Virus record (IMG/VR): IMGVR_UViG_3300025168_000078
Span: 1,949-65,948 of that record
Source of the DNA: a virus
Lineage: Duplodnaviria; Caudoviricetes
Reading direction: 5' to 3' (one strand)
Length of the DNA: 64,000 nucleotides
Under the pieces are notes generated by a model. That model saw only the letters and a program-made list of their open reading frames with translations, was not told where the DNA came from and made no database searches. Below, one piece after another: positions 25,942 to 35,973 of the stretch. The position numbers and the translations under genes were made by a program. Every line of letters begins with the position of its first letter. Within the stretch, counting starts at the first letter, position 1.

Positions 25942-28349
25942 TAAAAATCAATAGCTATTACAAATTGTTGGGTCCCAGTACGTTGGACTGGATTTTGAAA
26001 TTTTGCTATAGCCATTAAGTCTGGGAATCCATTTTCATTATCAAATAACCCAACCTCAGTTAGTAGGGGCGTGGTTATAGTGTTGTTATTATTATTATAG
26101 TTTGTCCATGTTGGGTTAGTTGATGTTACAAATTCATTAGTACCTAACTGTACCACATGTTTCATCTCATAGATAGTTGCCATTATATCTGTTTCTATTG
26201 TCCCATATAAAAAGTATTCGTCACCAAATTGTAATTTTTCACTATCGATACCTGTTTGTGGTATAGTAATAAAAGTATTTAGTGTATAAGCTGTAAGTGC
26301 TGAATAGCAACATAAACAACTAGCGTCAAAATCGTTACCTGTTAAATTAAAAGTCTTATTGATTAGGTTAGGTGCTTGTATTTTACCACCAACAACATGA
26401 TTTGGTATTTCATTGGTTACGGTTTTATATTTCCAAGCGGTTGGTTGGAGGACTCCTCCGTTTGGCACCACCTGTGTAAGTAGGTGTAGTCCATCCGCTT
26501 CAAATCCAGTACCTCCAGCTGTAAAGTCTCTTAAATATGGAAATTCCGGACCAAAAGTTACCGATAAGTCAAATGAATCTTCACCTGGAGATAATGTTTC
26601 ATGAACATAGTAGTTACAATGTAACCCGGTTGTCATCCCCGTACCGTTTGTAAAGAAATAAGTAACATATAATGTATCACCCACAGCTTGTAGAACACCA
26701 CTGGTACATCCTGTACTGTCACAGGTACCAGCAGGTAATTTATTTGTTTTAGGTGCTGGTAGTGTCCAACTTCTATTAGATTTGTATGACATTGCTGTTA
26801 ATAATTCTTCATCATCAATAACCAACATTTTGTAATCTGGAAATACTTTACCCACTCTGTTTGGTGTGGTTCCACTTCCTGCGTTATCATCCCATAGTGT
26901 GTAATACCTAAGACCATCATCATTCATATTAATATTCAAGTTAGATTGCATAATATTAGGTTGTGTTGGGAAAACATTATACCCCGGTGGGTCCACATAA
27001 AACGTTTGTCCCAATTCAGTTTCATTACCAGCTCCAGTACCGGTACCTGAACCATTAGAACTCTTTTTATGCCACATTAACCACGGTAGATGTAATTTAA
27101 AGTTTTTAGCTTCACCTATAGTGGTTAGTGGGTTATATCCTTGTTGTTTTAATGCAAATTTTTCTCCGTAAAAATCAGTTGTAGTGTTATTAGTGTAGTG
27201 AATGAATCCTGCACATTTTTGTTGGGATGGTAGTACTGTTCTAACATTATCGAAGGAGTCATAGTACCAAGTACCCCAACTAACCCCGTGATATGTGTCA
27301 GTTTTAACATCACCAAAGAAAGTTTGTCCGTTATCACTTTCTAACCCAAAATATTCTTTTGACCCACAATAACCACTAGACCCGTAATATTGAGCGCTTT
27401 CATATGTAGGTGTGGTCACCCCAGCTACTGTATGTGTCCAATTAATATTCATATTCCATATTTTTACATCCGTAGCGGAAGCACTTGAACAATTGTTAAA
27501 CGATAGTGTGTCGTCACACCAATCAGAAGTAGTGGCTGCTGTATTGTAAATACTAGAAGTGGTTAATGGGTTTGCTGAAAAAGAAGGGTATACTTTAACA
27601 TACATACAAGTACCAGTAAAAGCAGAATATGTAGTTGTATCCGAAGAATAATTAGGTAGAACCCTATCAACAGTTAAAGTTAAAGAAACATTTGTTTGTG
27701 CACTATTACTATTACCACCAAGTACTTGATAAAACAGTGTTTGGGATGCGGCAGTATAATTTAATTCTGAACAATTAGTTCCACTATAACCATAAGTAAT
27801 AGAAAGTAGGTCACCCACCACTGGTGTATAATTTTGTGTACTACAGGTTGCACTTACTATAGCTAAGGTGGTAGTTCCAGTTAAAGCTGAAAAACAGGTT
27901 GTCCAATTAGACGATAATGTATAACTACTACCAGTATTTGCTGAAAAAGATGTGTATGCCCCAACTAAAGCTTCCGCTGGAGTTTGTGTGGGAACCTCAA
28001 AAAATCCTCTTGCCGTAGCGGTATTAAATACTTCTTCGTATGTATGTTGGGCTATGGTTGGTCCAAAGGTGTCTCCAGTAGCGATACCACCATTTAATGG
28101 GTATTTAACATGACCTTTATTTTTTTCTGGTAATGGTGTTAAATTTTGTGCGTTATGTTCAGCTTGTAATATATTAATACCACTACTTAATTGTGTTGGT
28201 AGAGTGCTATAACAATCATAGCACATTTCACTATCTCCTAGTTGGAATAGACTTATGTTTAGTTTTCCTTCGGATAGTTTTTTTCTACCAGCGTCTGTTA
28301 ATCGAGCGACAATAGCTCCTTGTGTACTGTTTTTAATTATATAACTCAT
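25941..28349 (-). CDS. virion structural protein with both tail-collar-like N- and C-modules
   Basis: LTDAGRKKL...FQLGDSE at the N-terminus; TEVGLFD...LMAIAK at the C-terminus. Confidence 0.75.
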   Translation of the reverse strand: MSYIIKNSTQGAIVARLTDAGRKKLSEGKLNISLFQLGDSEMCYDCYSTLPTQLSSGINILQAEHNAQNLTPLPEKNKGHVKYPLNGGIATGDTFGPTIAQHTYEEVFNTATARGFFEVPTQTPAEALVGAYTSFSANTGSSYTLSSNWTTCFSALTGTTTLAIVSATCSTQNYTPVVGDLLSITYGYSGTNCSELNYTAASQTLFYQVLGGNSNSAQTNVSLTLTVDRVLPNYSSDTTTYSAFTGTCMYVKVYPSFSANPLTTSSIYNTAATTSDWCDDTLSFNNCSSASATDVKIWNMNINWTHTVAGVTTPTYESAQYYGSSGYCGSKEYFGLESDNGQTFFGDVKTDTYHGVSWGTWYYDSFDNVRTVLPSQQKCAGFIHYTNNTTTDFYGEKFALKQQGYNPLTTIGEAKNFKLHLPWLMWHKKSSNGSGTGTGAGNETELGQTFYVDPPGYNVFPTQPNIMQSNLNINMNDDGLRYYTLWDDNAGSGTTPNRVGKVFPDYKMLVIDDEELLTAMSYKSNRSWTLPAPKTNKLPAGTCDSTGCTSGVLQAVGDTLYVTYFFTNGTGMTTGLHCNYYVHETLSPGEDSFDLSVTFGPEFPYLRDFTAGGTGFEADGLHLLTQVVPNGGVLQPTAWKYKTVTNEIPNHVVGGKIQAPNLINKTFNLTGNDFDASCLCCYSALTAYTLNTFITIPQTGIDSEKLQFGDEYFLYGTIETDIMATIYEMKHVVQLGTNEFVTSTNPTWTNYNNNNNTITTPLLTEVGLFDNENGFPDLMAIAKFQNPVQRTGTQQFVIAIDF

Positions 28350-28384
28350 ATTTTTCTTTATTTATAAATACATTTTATCTCACT

Positions 28385-31300
28385 TTAAGAAGTAACCAAA
28401 CCAATACCATTTATATTTTTGTTATTGGATGGTGAAAAGAACACATCATTAGTTATTTCAAACCCGACAAGGTCTGTTGATGACTCTGTGATTGTGTTTT
28501 CTCCATTCATAAGTGGGTAGTATCTTCTTATCAATACTTTATAGGAATAGTTTCCTGGTGCGGGTGGGTTTAACTGAAAGCTGTTTAATAATGTTCCAGT
28601 AACCTCCATATCATTTATTTGTTGTAATTGTTCTATATTATTCCCTTCACTGTCAAACATCTGTATAATAACTTCATCTTTTAGGTTATTTCCTTTGTAG
28701 TATGACACAGGCACTACTGGGTTTTTAGTTGTGGAAAATTGTATTACTTGATAGATGGTCCTATAAAAAAGACTTATTGTATCACCGGATTGATAGTTAG
28801 AGGTACCTAATCGTAGTTGTATTTTTGTATCTCCAGCTTTTCTATAATCTGTGTCATTTACTTGGGTTATTCCATTTATAGCAACTACGACAGCCCCCAC
28901 AGATTGTTTATCTAAATTAATATAATAGTACCCATTTTCTGAATATATTGTTTCAGCACTAGATGCAGAAACTGAGTTAGGAATTATTAGATTCTGAGTA
29001 TACGACCCTCCAGCAGCATCATACACAAATTGTAGTGTATCCCCATTTCTTACTGTCTCAGGAAAAAATACACAAGCTCTAGACGTTGTTAAATATCTAT
29101 AATCACCTGTAGGTCCAGTAGATGTGGAAGCACTAACTCCTGGTGTCAAAATAACACCATTTGCTGTTACTAGTGGCCTAGAAGCACTATTTGTTTGTAG
29201 TGTATATATAAAAGTATAAGCACTGTAAGTACTAGCAGTTATGTCTGGCATATCTGATATGGTAATTCTTTCAGTTTTTAGTGATGGGGAATATGTTGGT
29301 GTTGCGAATGTTCCGTCATCAAATTTTAAATTTGGTACCGGTGGGTTGGATAATAGTACCATATAAAAATCTTTGTTATTATTTACTTGACTATTAGGTG
29401 GGTATTGAGCTGTATCAATCCAAACATCCGAATTTTTATCTTTAAATAAATAACTTAATCGTACTATATATTGCCACGATATATCAATATCAAAACCATT
29501 AAAAGGTAAATAAGTTTGTGCACTAAAAACAAGGCTTTTAATTCCTGGGTCTACATAGGATGGTAACGTATCAAAAAGTGCTTCATAAACAGGTACGGTA
29601 GCCACTTCATCAGTTTCTTGTAAATAAGGATATATCCTAAATTTTGGATACATGTTTCCAAATGCTATATCTGAGTTATCCCCGCCAAAATAAAAATCCA
29701 CATTTTTACCAAACCCACATGGGTCACCATCACAAATACTAAAACAGCCACCATCCACACATAACCTTCTATCATAATCCGCTGTATTATAAATTTGTAA
29801 TCTAGGTTGCCCACCTTTAGTTTGTGTTAGTTTATCTTTTGGTGAACTTAGTCCAGCTATAGTAACTGATGGTTCAGGCATAGTTTGTAAACTAACTTTA
29901 ACCCTAGGTGATACTTGTGGCACTCCTGGTTCACTACTAACATATTGTGTTGTTGGTTTATTTTTTATAATGTTGATTGTGGTTCCAGTAGTTGCAGTAA
30001 TTTCTATAGTCTTACTAGGTCCGTCTTCTTGACCACACCTAGGCGTGGTTATAACGGACTCAACTGGGTCACCACTAAATTGCATATGATACCATCCTGA
30101 TTCTGGTACCGACGTTTCTTCAAACCCTATATTTTTAGACCCTAAATATTTACATAAACTATATTCATCCGCCCAAATTGGGGCACTCGCTGTATTTCCG
30201 GACCATGTAGTTTTATCTAGTAAGTTAAACTCTATATCGTAAGCTGGGTTATACGGGTTAGAGTCTGTCAATCCTTTTGTTTTACCCGCAGTAACACTTG
30301 TTCCCATAGTATCAGTTATTTGTATATTGAACTGTTCACCTACAGTACCGGAACGAATTACTTTAACTCTTATAGCCCCAACATTATTCCATTGGGTCTG
30401 CCCACTAAATGGGGACTTTGTACCACTATTCTTAATTACTGTGGTGTACCCATAATTAGGGTTAGAGATACTACTACAACCGTTATTGGTTATCCCACTT
30501 AACCCATCATCCCAACAATCCATAAACTCACTTATAGGTGTTTTATTAAATCCGTAAGCACTCTGATTTTTGTTATTGTTTACAAATATACTACCACTTG
30601 GGGCGAACTGGATTGATAGTGTGTGGGTCACACCTGTTGGTCCGTATTTACCATATGTATCTCTAAAAGATGCTAAAATTAAAGACATGCTTGAGGTGTC
30701 ATTAGATAAAGATGAAAGAGATGTTTGCCAAGTATAGTTGTTGTAAGAACATAAACTAACCATACCTATTGCTTGGGTTCCGTTTGCTCCTGTACCACAG
30801 AAAAACTTATCTTGGGACCCGGTTAGTATTGAGTTGGCCGCAATTACAACATTACTTTCATTTATTGTAATATCCGTACTTAGTACATTAGTTGTCGTTA
30901 CCCCATATGTAGCACCAGTTAGTGTTGATGTGGCTATAGGACTACCTTCATGACCATAATCTTCTCTGGGGTCATAGGTAACCCAAGCTATATTAGAATC
31001 TCTGGTTGGGTAATTTATTACCATTTTATTAATTACTGTATTATAATAAAAACATCCTATGTTTACGTTAAGAGCTGGATTTATACTGTCAGGACCTAGA
31101 TTGGTTCCTTCGGTCATAGTCATTGCTGTTGCACCTAAGTACCAAGTATTACTAGAGTTGGTTTTCCTAGTGTCGGTCGCTCCAGTATAAAACCAACAAT
31201 AGGGGTCGTCAACATAAATTTCTCCGTTACCCCCTAAACCACTTTCAAAATATCTAGTACCACCACCATATGGTGCAGGTCCCCAACCAGCTTGAAAAAA

Positions 31301-31933
31301 TATAGTGCTATTCGCATTTGGTATATATTTCTTCCACTTATTAAATAGACTTGTTGCGTTTATTGTCCACCCTCTATAAACACCACCATCATTATAATCG
31401 TAAGAAGTACACCCAGTATTATCAGGTGAAGTGGTGGTATTTAATGGTGAATCTTCAACAACACTTAAAGAATACATACCATTTTTTATATCTGTAAAAG
31501 TATGTTGTGTATCCGCACTAGTACCGTAATGAGTATCAATTAATGCACCGTCTTTACGTAATTCATATTTATAACTTAAGGTTTTAGTTTCAGAAGAAAC
31601 AACAGTTATTTCTCCTAGTTTGTTTGGGTCTAGGATACAACTACTGTCAGTTAGTGAAGCTGAAATTTGCGGTACTGTAAAAGCACTTAAAGAAATAAGT
31701 GTACTACCTGTACCACCATTAACATCCGTTATTGATGCCAAGTAGTCACCACTACACAAATTTATAATGTCCCAAGTAGTAGCACTAAAACCAGTGTCTG
31801 CTGACCAATTAACAATATATGGGGCTGTACCACCAGAAACTTGTGTATTTAAGATGGCACCACTACAAGTACCACTTAACGTACTCGTTAATATAAACCC
31901 ACTCATATGTATACTACCTTGATATACTGCCAT
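28385..31933 (-). CDS. large structural/adhesin protein with N-terminal SprB-like repeat
   Basis: VSGGTAPYIVNWS...IINLCSGDYLASITDVNG; C-terminal VxxNG...DY repeats. Confidence 0.75.
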   Translation of the reverse strand: MAVYQGSIHMSGFILTSTLSGTCSGAILNTQVSGGTAPYIVNWSADTGFSATTWDIINLCSGDYLASITDVNGGTGSTLISLSAFTVPQISASLTDSSCILDPNKLGEITVVSSETKTLSYKYELRKDGALIDTHYGTSADTQHTFTDIKNGMYSLSVVEDSPLNTTTSPDNTGCTSYDYNDGGVYRGWTINATSLFNKWKKYIPNANSTIFFQAGWGPAPYGGGTRYFESGLGGNGEIYVDDPYCWFYTGATDTRKTNSSNTWYLGATAMTMTEGTNLGPDSINPALNVNIGCFYYNTVINKMVINYPTRDSNIAWVTYDPREDYGHEGSPIATSTLTGATYGVTTTNVLSTDITINESNVVIAANSILTGSQDKFFCGTGANGTQAIGMVSLCSYNNYTWQTSLSSLSNDTSSMSLILASFRDTYGKYGPTGVTHTLSIQFAPSGSIFVNNNKNQSAYGFNKTPISEFMDCWDDGLSGITNNGCSSISNPNYGYTTVIKNSGTKSPFSGQTQWNNVGAIRVKVIRSGTVGEQFNIQITDTMGTSVTAGKTKGLTDSNPYNPAYDIEFNLLDKTTWSGNTASAPIWADEYSLCKYLGSKNIGFEETSVPESGWYHMQFSGDPVESVITTPRCGQEDGPSKTIEITATTGTTINIIKNKPTTQYVSSEPGVPQVSPRVKVSLQTMPEPSVTIAGLSSPKDKLTQTKGGQPRLQIYNTADYDRRLCVDGGCFSICDGDPCGFGKNVDFYFGGDNSDIAFGNMYPKFRIYPYLQETDEVATVPVYEALFDTLPSYVDPGIKSLVFSAQTYLPFNGFDIDISWQYIVRLSYLFKDKNSDVWIDTAQYPPNSQVNNNKDFYMVLLSNPPVPNLKFDDGTFATPTYSPSLKTERITISDMPDITASTYSAYTFIYTLQTNSASRPLVTANGVILTPGVSASTSTGPTGDYRYLTTSRACVFFPETVRNGDTLQFVYDAAGGSYTQNLIIPNSVSASSAETIYSENGYYYINLDKQSVGAVVVAINGITQVNDTDYRKAGDTKIQLRLGTSNYQSGDTISLFYRTIYQVIQFSTTKNPVVPVSYYKGNNLKDEVIIQMFDSEGNNIEQLQQINDMEVTGTLLNSFQLNPPAPGNYSYKVLIRRYYPLMNGENTITESSTDLVGFEITNDVFFSPSNNKNINGIGLVTS

Positions 31934-34900
31934 TTATTTTAATTCTATTTTTCCACATGTTATGTCATCAGGGATACATCTACCGAATTCCTGACACCAA
32001 TAAAAACCTTTCTTACATATACCCCCTTTTTCTTCCTCAGCAGGTTTAATTGACCCATCTTTTTCTATTGTTTTTTCTTCATCATACCCTTTTATTACCA
32101 TATCCTCCACCTCTTCTGGTTTTTTTGGTTCTACAGGTTTTCCTTCGTCTACTATCACCTTTGTACACCTTTTTTCACATTCTTCTATTGTCTTATATTC
32201 CCCCCTATCAGATAGTCTACATATACCCTCAATACAAGAATATAACATATTTACTGGTGGTGGTGGTGGCGGTGGTCCTACTGGTGGTACTATTGGTGTT
32301 TCGCAACATTCTATCGAATATGTTTCTGGAATTCTACCAATAACTGAACCGTCACCACACGGACACCCCTCAAATGTTGTTTGAGTTGAAGTAAATCCTG
32401 CTCCTCCACCCATACTAGCTCCTCCACCTCTTGGTCCTCCACCTCCTCTTGGCCCTCTTGGTCCTCCTCTACCTTCTCCATCTACACCTCTACCTTCACC
32501 TTCAGGTGGGCTTGGTGGTGGACTTGGTGGTCTTGTCCCACTATCATTTCCTTTGTCTATAGGTTCTGGCACATTTCCTTTAGTTTTAGTTATAATACCA
32601 GTATCTACTTGTGGTAAATAGGCATTTTGACCTTTACAATCGCCTAACACTACTGGTGTACAATTAGTGTGTAAACTTTTACAATAATTATTTGCCTTTT
32701 CTATACATCCTTGACAATTACTAACCTCTAAATCAGTTAATTCGTTAGTTATCCCATATATGGGGTCTAGTTTTAATTGTTCCGCTAATAGTTGTCCACA
32801 CTTACAATAGTACTGACATTTATCAGTTTGTGTAGCAACTTTGGCTGGTTTACTTCTATTAGTTACACCACCCAAAATTGTAACTTCTTTACCACCTATA
32901 CTTATTTTTGACCCATCGTTAGTTAATTTCCATTTATCTGGGGTTGTTTTATGTAAAATATCATAGGCAGAAAGTACTTGGGTTGTTGAACAAGGCATGT
33001 GAAAATCGCAGTCTGTCGTAACAATTATATAATTACTAACCTCACCACCAAAATAATTTTTAAATACATTTTTAATAACGTACGATTGAGCTAATTGTGG
33101 AAATTTATATATACACGTAGCTCTATCATCATTATTATACGTTGGTAAGTAAAAGCAGAATACACCATCTTTTTTCATTGTGGTCATTTTACCATTACTT
33201 TGTGGTGCTAATGTATAATCTTTTATGGTATTAGACTCTATTAATCTTTGCCATTTATTAGTTATTTTATTACTTTTAATATTCCATATTAACTTTTGGT
33301 CTTTCCCATCAGAGTCTATAAACATCTGGTTTTTAAATGTAGTATCATCTATGGTCGGTGGTTGTATATTCCCACATCTCTTGTCAGACAAATATAATGA
33401 ACCGTTTAATGTAACTACGCCCCCTATATCACTATTTGTCATCTTAAATGGTTTTGATGTCTTTGTTTGGTCAAAAAATAAATTTTTCTCGACAACCTCG
33501 TCCGCTAATTTAATCCCTCTAAACCAAGGTGATTCTACTGGGCTTCCACTGAAGTTTAATTTACTCCCAAGATTTGCATCTATGTTTGTTTCACCCACTA
33601 AAGAGTAGTGTCCTCCCTTTGAGGTTGTCGACCAACTTCCCTCATATAGTAGTTGGATTGTATCTCCACTCGCTAGGTTTATAAATCCAGTGTCCACTGT
33701 AACCGGGATAGATTTGTGGAAAATAGTTGATGAGGATACACCACTTAAAATACATGAGTTAGCCCCACTAGTAGTCACATCATTAGGGCTTACTTCTAAT
33801 GTTAAGTAATCATCCGCAGAACCATCACCCTCACACCTTAAAACCTCAAAACTTTTCAAAATTGTTTTTGTTGCTCCAGTACCTGAAGTTTTTACTATTT
33901 TTGTAATGAATGAAAAATCTAATACACCAGTATTGTCTGGAACATCGTATTCATCACCAATTTTATATCTTACACCTGGATTGTACTTAAATCCAGTATC
34001 TTGTAATACTGTGGTAGTTTCTCCATCACCGGCTTTTATTATCGAAGTATTTATTAACCTTTTAATTTCGTAATCGTTAGTTGGGTAATTGGTAGTAAAC
34101 GCTGATGGGAATGCATTTGTAATATATTGACACCATTTGGTGTCTGTATATTTGATATCTAGATAGGCTTTATACGTAAATCTGTATACTCCGGAACTCC
34201 TAGCGGAAAACGTCATATAGTTATCTGGGTCTGTATTATCTAACCCAACACTACCACCATTTTCACTATAAACCTCGGAAAAAGCGTAAGGGGCATAATT
34301 TTCTGTTAAGTCACCTATTAATGTTAAATTCTGAGCCCTAACTATATTACTAATAGGTATTATAGTTTCAGCTGAAAATGAAGAGGCACTTATATGTAAA
34401 TCATAAGTCTTATTTGGTTCGTTTTCACTAGTAGAAGTGGCAGAAAAAGCAGAATATTGTGGTACGGTATTATTAAATGTGGTGAAACAAAAATCAGTAC
34501 TACTATTTTTAGCGATAGGTGCGTACTGATATAATGGAGTTAATAATATCTGTTCTGTACTTTTTTTATCCTTTCCTGTTATAAACCCTATTTTAGGGTC
34601 AGAGTGAAAGTATCCACTATAATAACCCCCTCCAGGCAACACATAAGATTTGTCGTTAGTATATAAAGAATTTTGTGTACCTTCATATTTTGACCCTAGT
34701 TTTGACCTCTTTTTAGGGCATATTGTTATTGTATTTATATATAAATTTGTGTCGTAGGTAAATCTAACATCATTATATTGGTCTATTGTTGTTCTTTCTA
34801 TCCATTGGGAGATTTTGGTGTATGTTCTTTTTACCGGTTCTTTTATGCCGTTAGGGTTCATTACTAGGTATCCCTCAACATTTCCTATTTGTTGTTTCTT

Positions 34901-35971
34901 TAAACTATCTGTAAAGGCTAATAATTGTTCTCTACTTGAGAATCTCAGTGTTAAACATTTGTTGGCAGAAGAAAAGAGGTCGTTATCTCTAATTTCATTC
35001 ACCCAATTTAGTGGGTATACCTTTTTACCATTTTTCTTTACTCCTCTAGATGGTGTAATATTACCATCATTATCCACCTCTCTAGAAACATTATAAGGTA
35101 TTTCTATAATATTATTAGCACTTAAATTAAATGAAGATAAATTAACATTATTATAATTCTTGTTCTGTACCGCATAAACCTCACTACTTATTAATTGTAG
35201 ACTTTCAGTTTCCACATTTTGTTTTAATAACTGATTTTTATAATCATACAATACTTCTTGAGACGCTAAATCAGATTTAGTTAAACTTATATATACATTA
35301 TTTAATTTAATGTTTTGTGGTTTATTAATAATTGGACATACTGGTTTAATAGTTATAACATCACCCTCTATAATACGTGTTTCATCTATACCAATCTTAA
35401 ATCCTAGTGATTTGGTGTACTGTCCTCCAGTTTCCATATACATATCCATATCAAAAGATATGTTACTATTCTTATTTTTATTTATTCGAACTTTTGGTAG
35501 TATCATTTGTATCGCATGATTTTTACCGTTTATAGTTTTACCAAAATGTCTGATGGCTCCTTGCCCCTCGTTTATACTTCTACCCACACTAGCGTTAAAG
35601 TAATTTTTATGAGATAAAAAAGCTCCAAAGCTTCTATCTTTAATTTCTTCAAAACCAAACACACCATTACTATTTTTAAAGACCTCCAAAATGATATCAG
35701 TACTACCAATACTTAAATTCTGAAAATGATTTTCTAGGGTTAGACTACTAGAATCAAACATTAAAAATAATCTGGTGTTATTATTATCATCAACTTGTAA
35801 TACTGCGTCCACCGCTTTAGTATTATTGTAAGTTATGGTATAACATCTACTTTTATTACAATTTTTATTAACACTATAGTATTGTAAATTACCAGACACA
35901 AAGAATTCAAAAACTAGTTTGTCTGATAATTCTCTAAAATCTATTTTAGTTCTATATATTTTATTCTCCAT
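31934..35971 (-). CDS. large structural protein with Cys-rich and Pro/RGG low-complexity C-terminus
   Basis: 1345 aa; PPSPPPSPP, RGGPRGPRGGGG, YSCIEGICRLSDRGEYKTIEECEKRC. Confidence 0.75.
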   Translation of the reverse strand: MENKIYRTKIDFRELSDKLVFEFFVSGNLQYYSVNKNCNKSRCYTITYNNTKAVDAVLQVDDNNNTRLFLMFDSSSLTLENHFQNLSIGSTDIILEVFKNSNGVFGFEEIKDRSFGAFLSHKNYFNASVGRSINEGQGAIRHFGKTINGKNHAIQMILPKVRINKNKNSNISFDMDMYMETGGQYTKSLGFKIGIDETRIIEGDVITIKPVCPIINKPQNIKLNNVYISLTKSDLASQEVLYDYKNQLLKQNVETESLQLISSEVYAVQNKNYNNVNLSSFNLSANNIIEIPYNVSREVDNDGNITPSRGVKKNGKKVYPLNWVNEIRDNDLFSSANKCLTLRFSSREQLLAFTDSLKKQQIGNVEGYLVMNPNGIKEPVKRTYTKISQWIERTTIDQYNDVRFTYDTNLYINTITICPKKRSKLGSKYEGTQNSLYTNDKSYVLPGGGYYSGYFHSDPKIGFITGKDKKSTEQILLTPLYQYAPIAKNSSTDFCFTTFNNTVPQYSAFSATSTSENEPNKTYDLHISASSFSAETIIPISNIVRAQNLTLIGDLTENYAPYAFSEVYSENGGSVGLDNTDPDNYMTFSARSSGVYRFTYKAYLDIKYTDTKWCQYITNAFPSAFTTNYPTNDYEIKRLINTSIIKAGDGETTTVLQDTGFKYNPGVRYKIGDEYDVPDNTGVLDFSFITKIVKTSGTGATKTILKSFEVLRCEGDGSADDYLTLEVSPNDVTTSGANSCILSGVSSSTIFHKSIPVTVDTGFINLASGDTIQLLYEGSWSTTSKGGHYSLVGETNIDANLGSKLNFSGSPVESPWFRGIKLADEVVEKNLFFDQTKTSKPFKMTNSDIGGVVTLNGSLYLSDKRCGNIQPPTIDDTTFKNQMFIDSDGKDQKLIWNIKSNKITNKWQRLIESNTIKDYTLAPQSNGKMTTMKKDGVFCFYLPTYNNDDRATCIYKFPQLAQSYVIKNVFKNYFGGEVSNYIIVTTDCDFHMPCSTTQVLSAYDILHKTTPDKWKLTNDGSKISIGGKEVTILGGVTNRSKPAKVATQTDKCQYYCKCGQLLAEQLKLDPIYGITNELTDLEVSNCQGCIEKANNYCKSLHTNCTPVVLGDCKGQNAYLPQVDTGIITKTKGNVPEPIDKGNDSGTRPPSPPPSPPEGEGRGVDGEGRGGPRGPRGGGGPRGGGASMGGGAGFTSTQTTFEGCPCGDGSVIGRIPETYSIECCETPIVPPVGPPPPPPPVNMLYSCIEGICRLSDRGEYKTIEECEKRCTKVIVDEGKPVEPKKPEEVEDMVIKGYDEEKTIEKDGSIKPAEEEKGGICKKGFYWCQEFGRCIPDDITCGKIELK

Positions 35972-35973
35972 AA

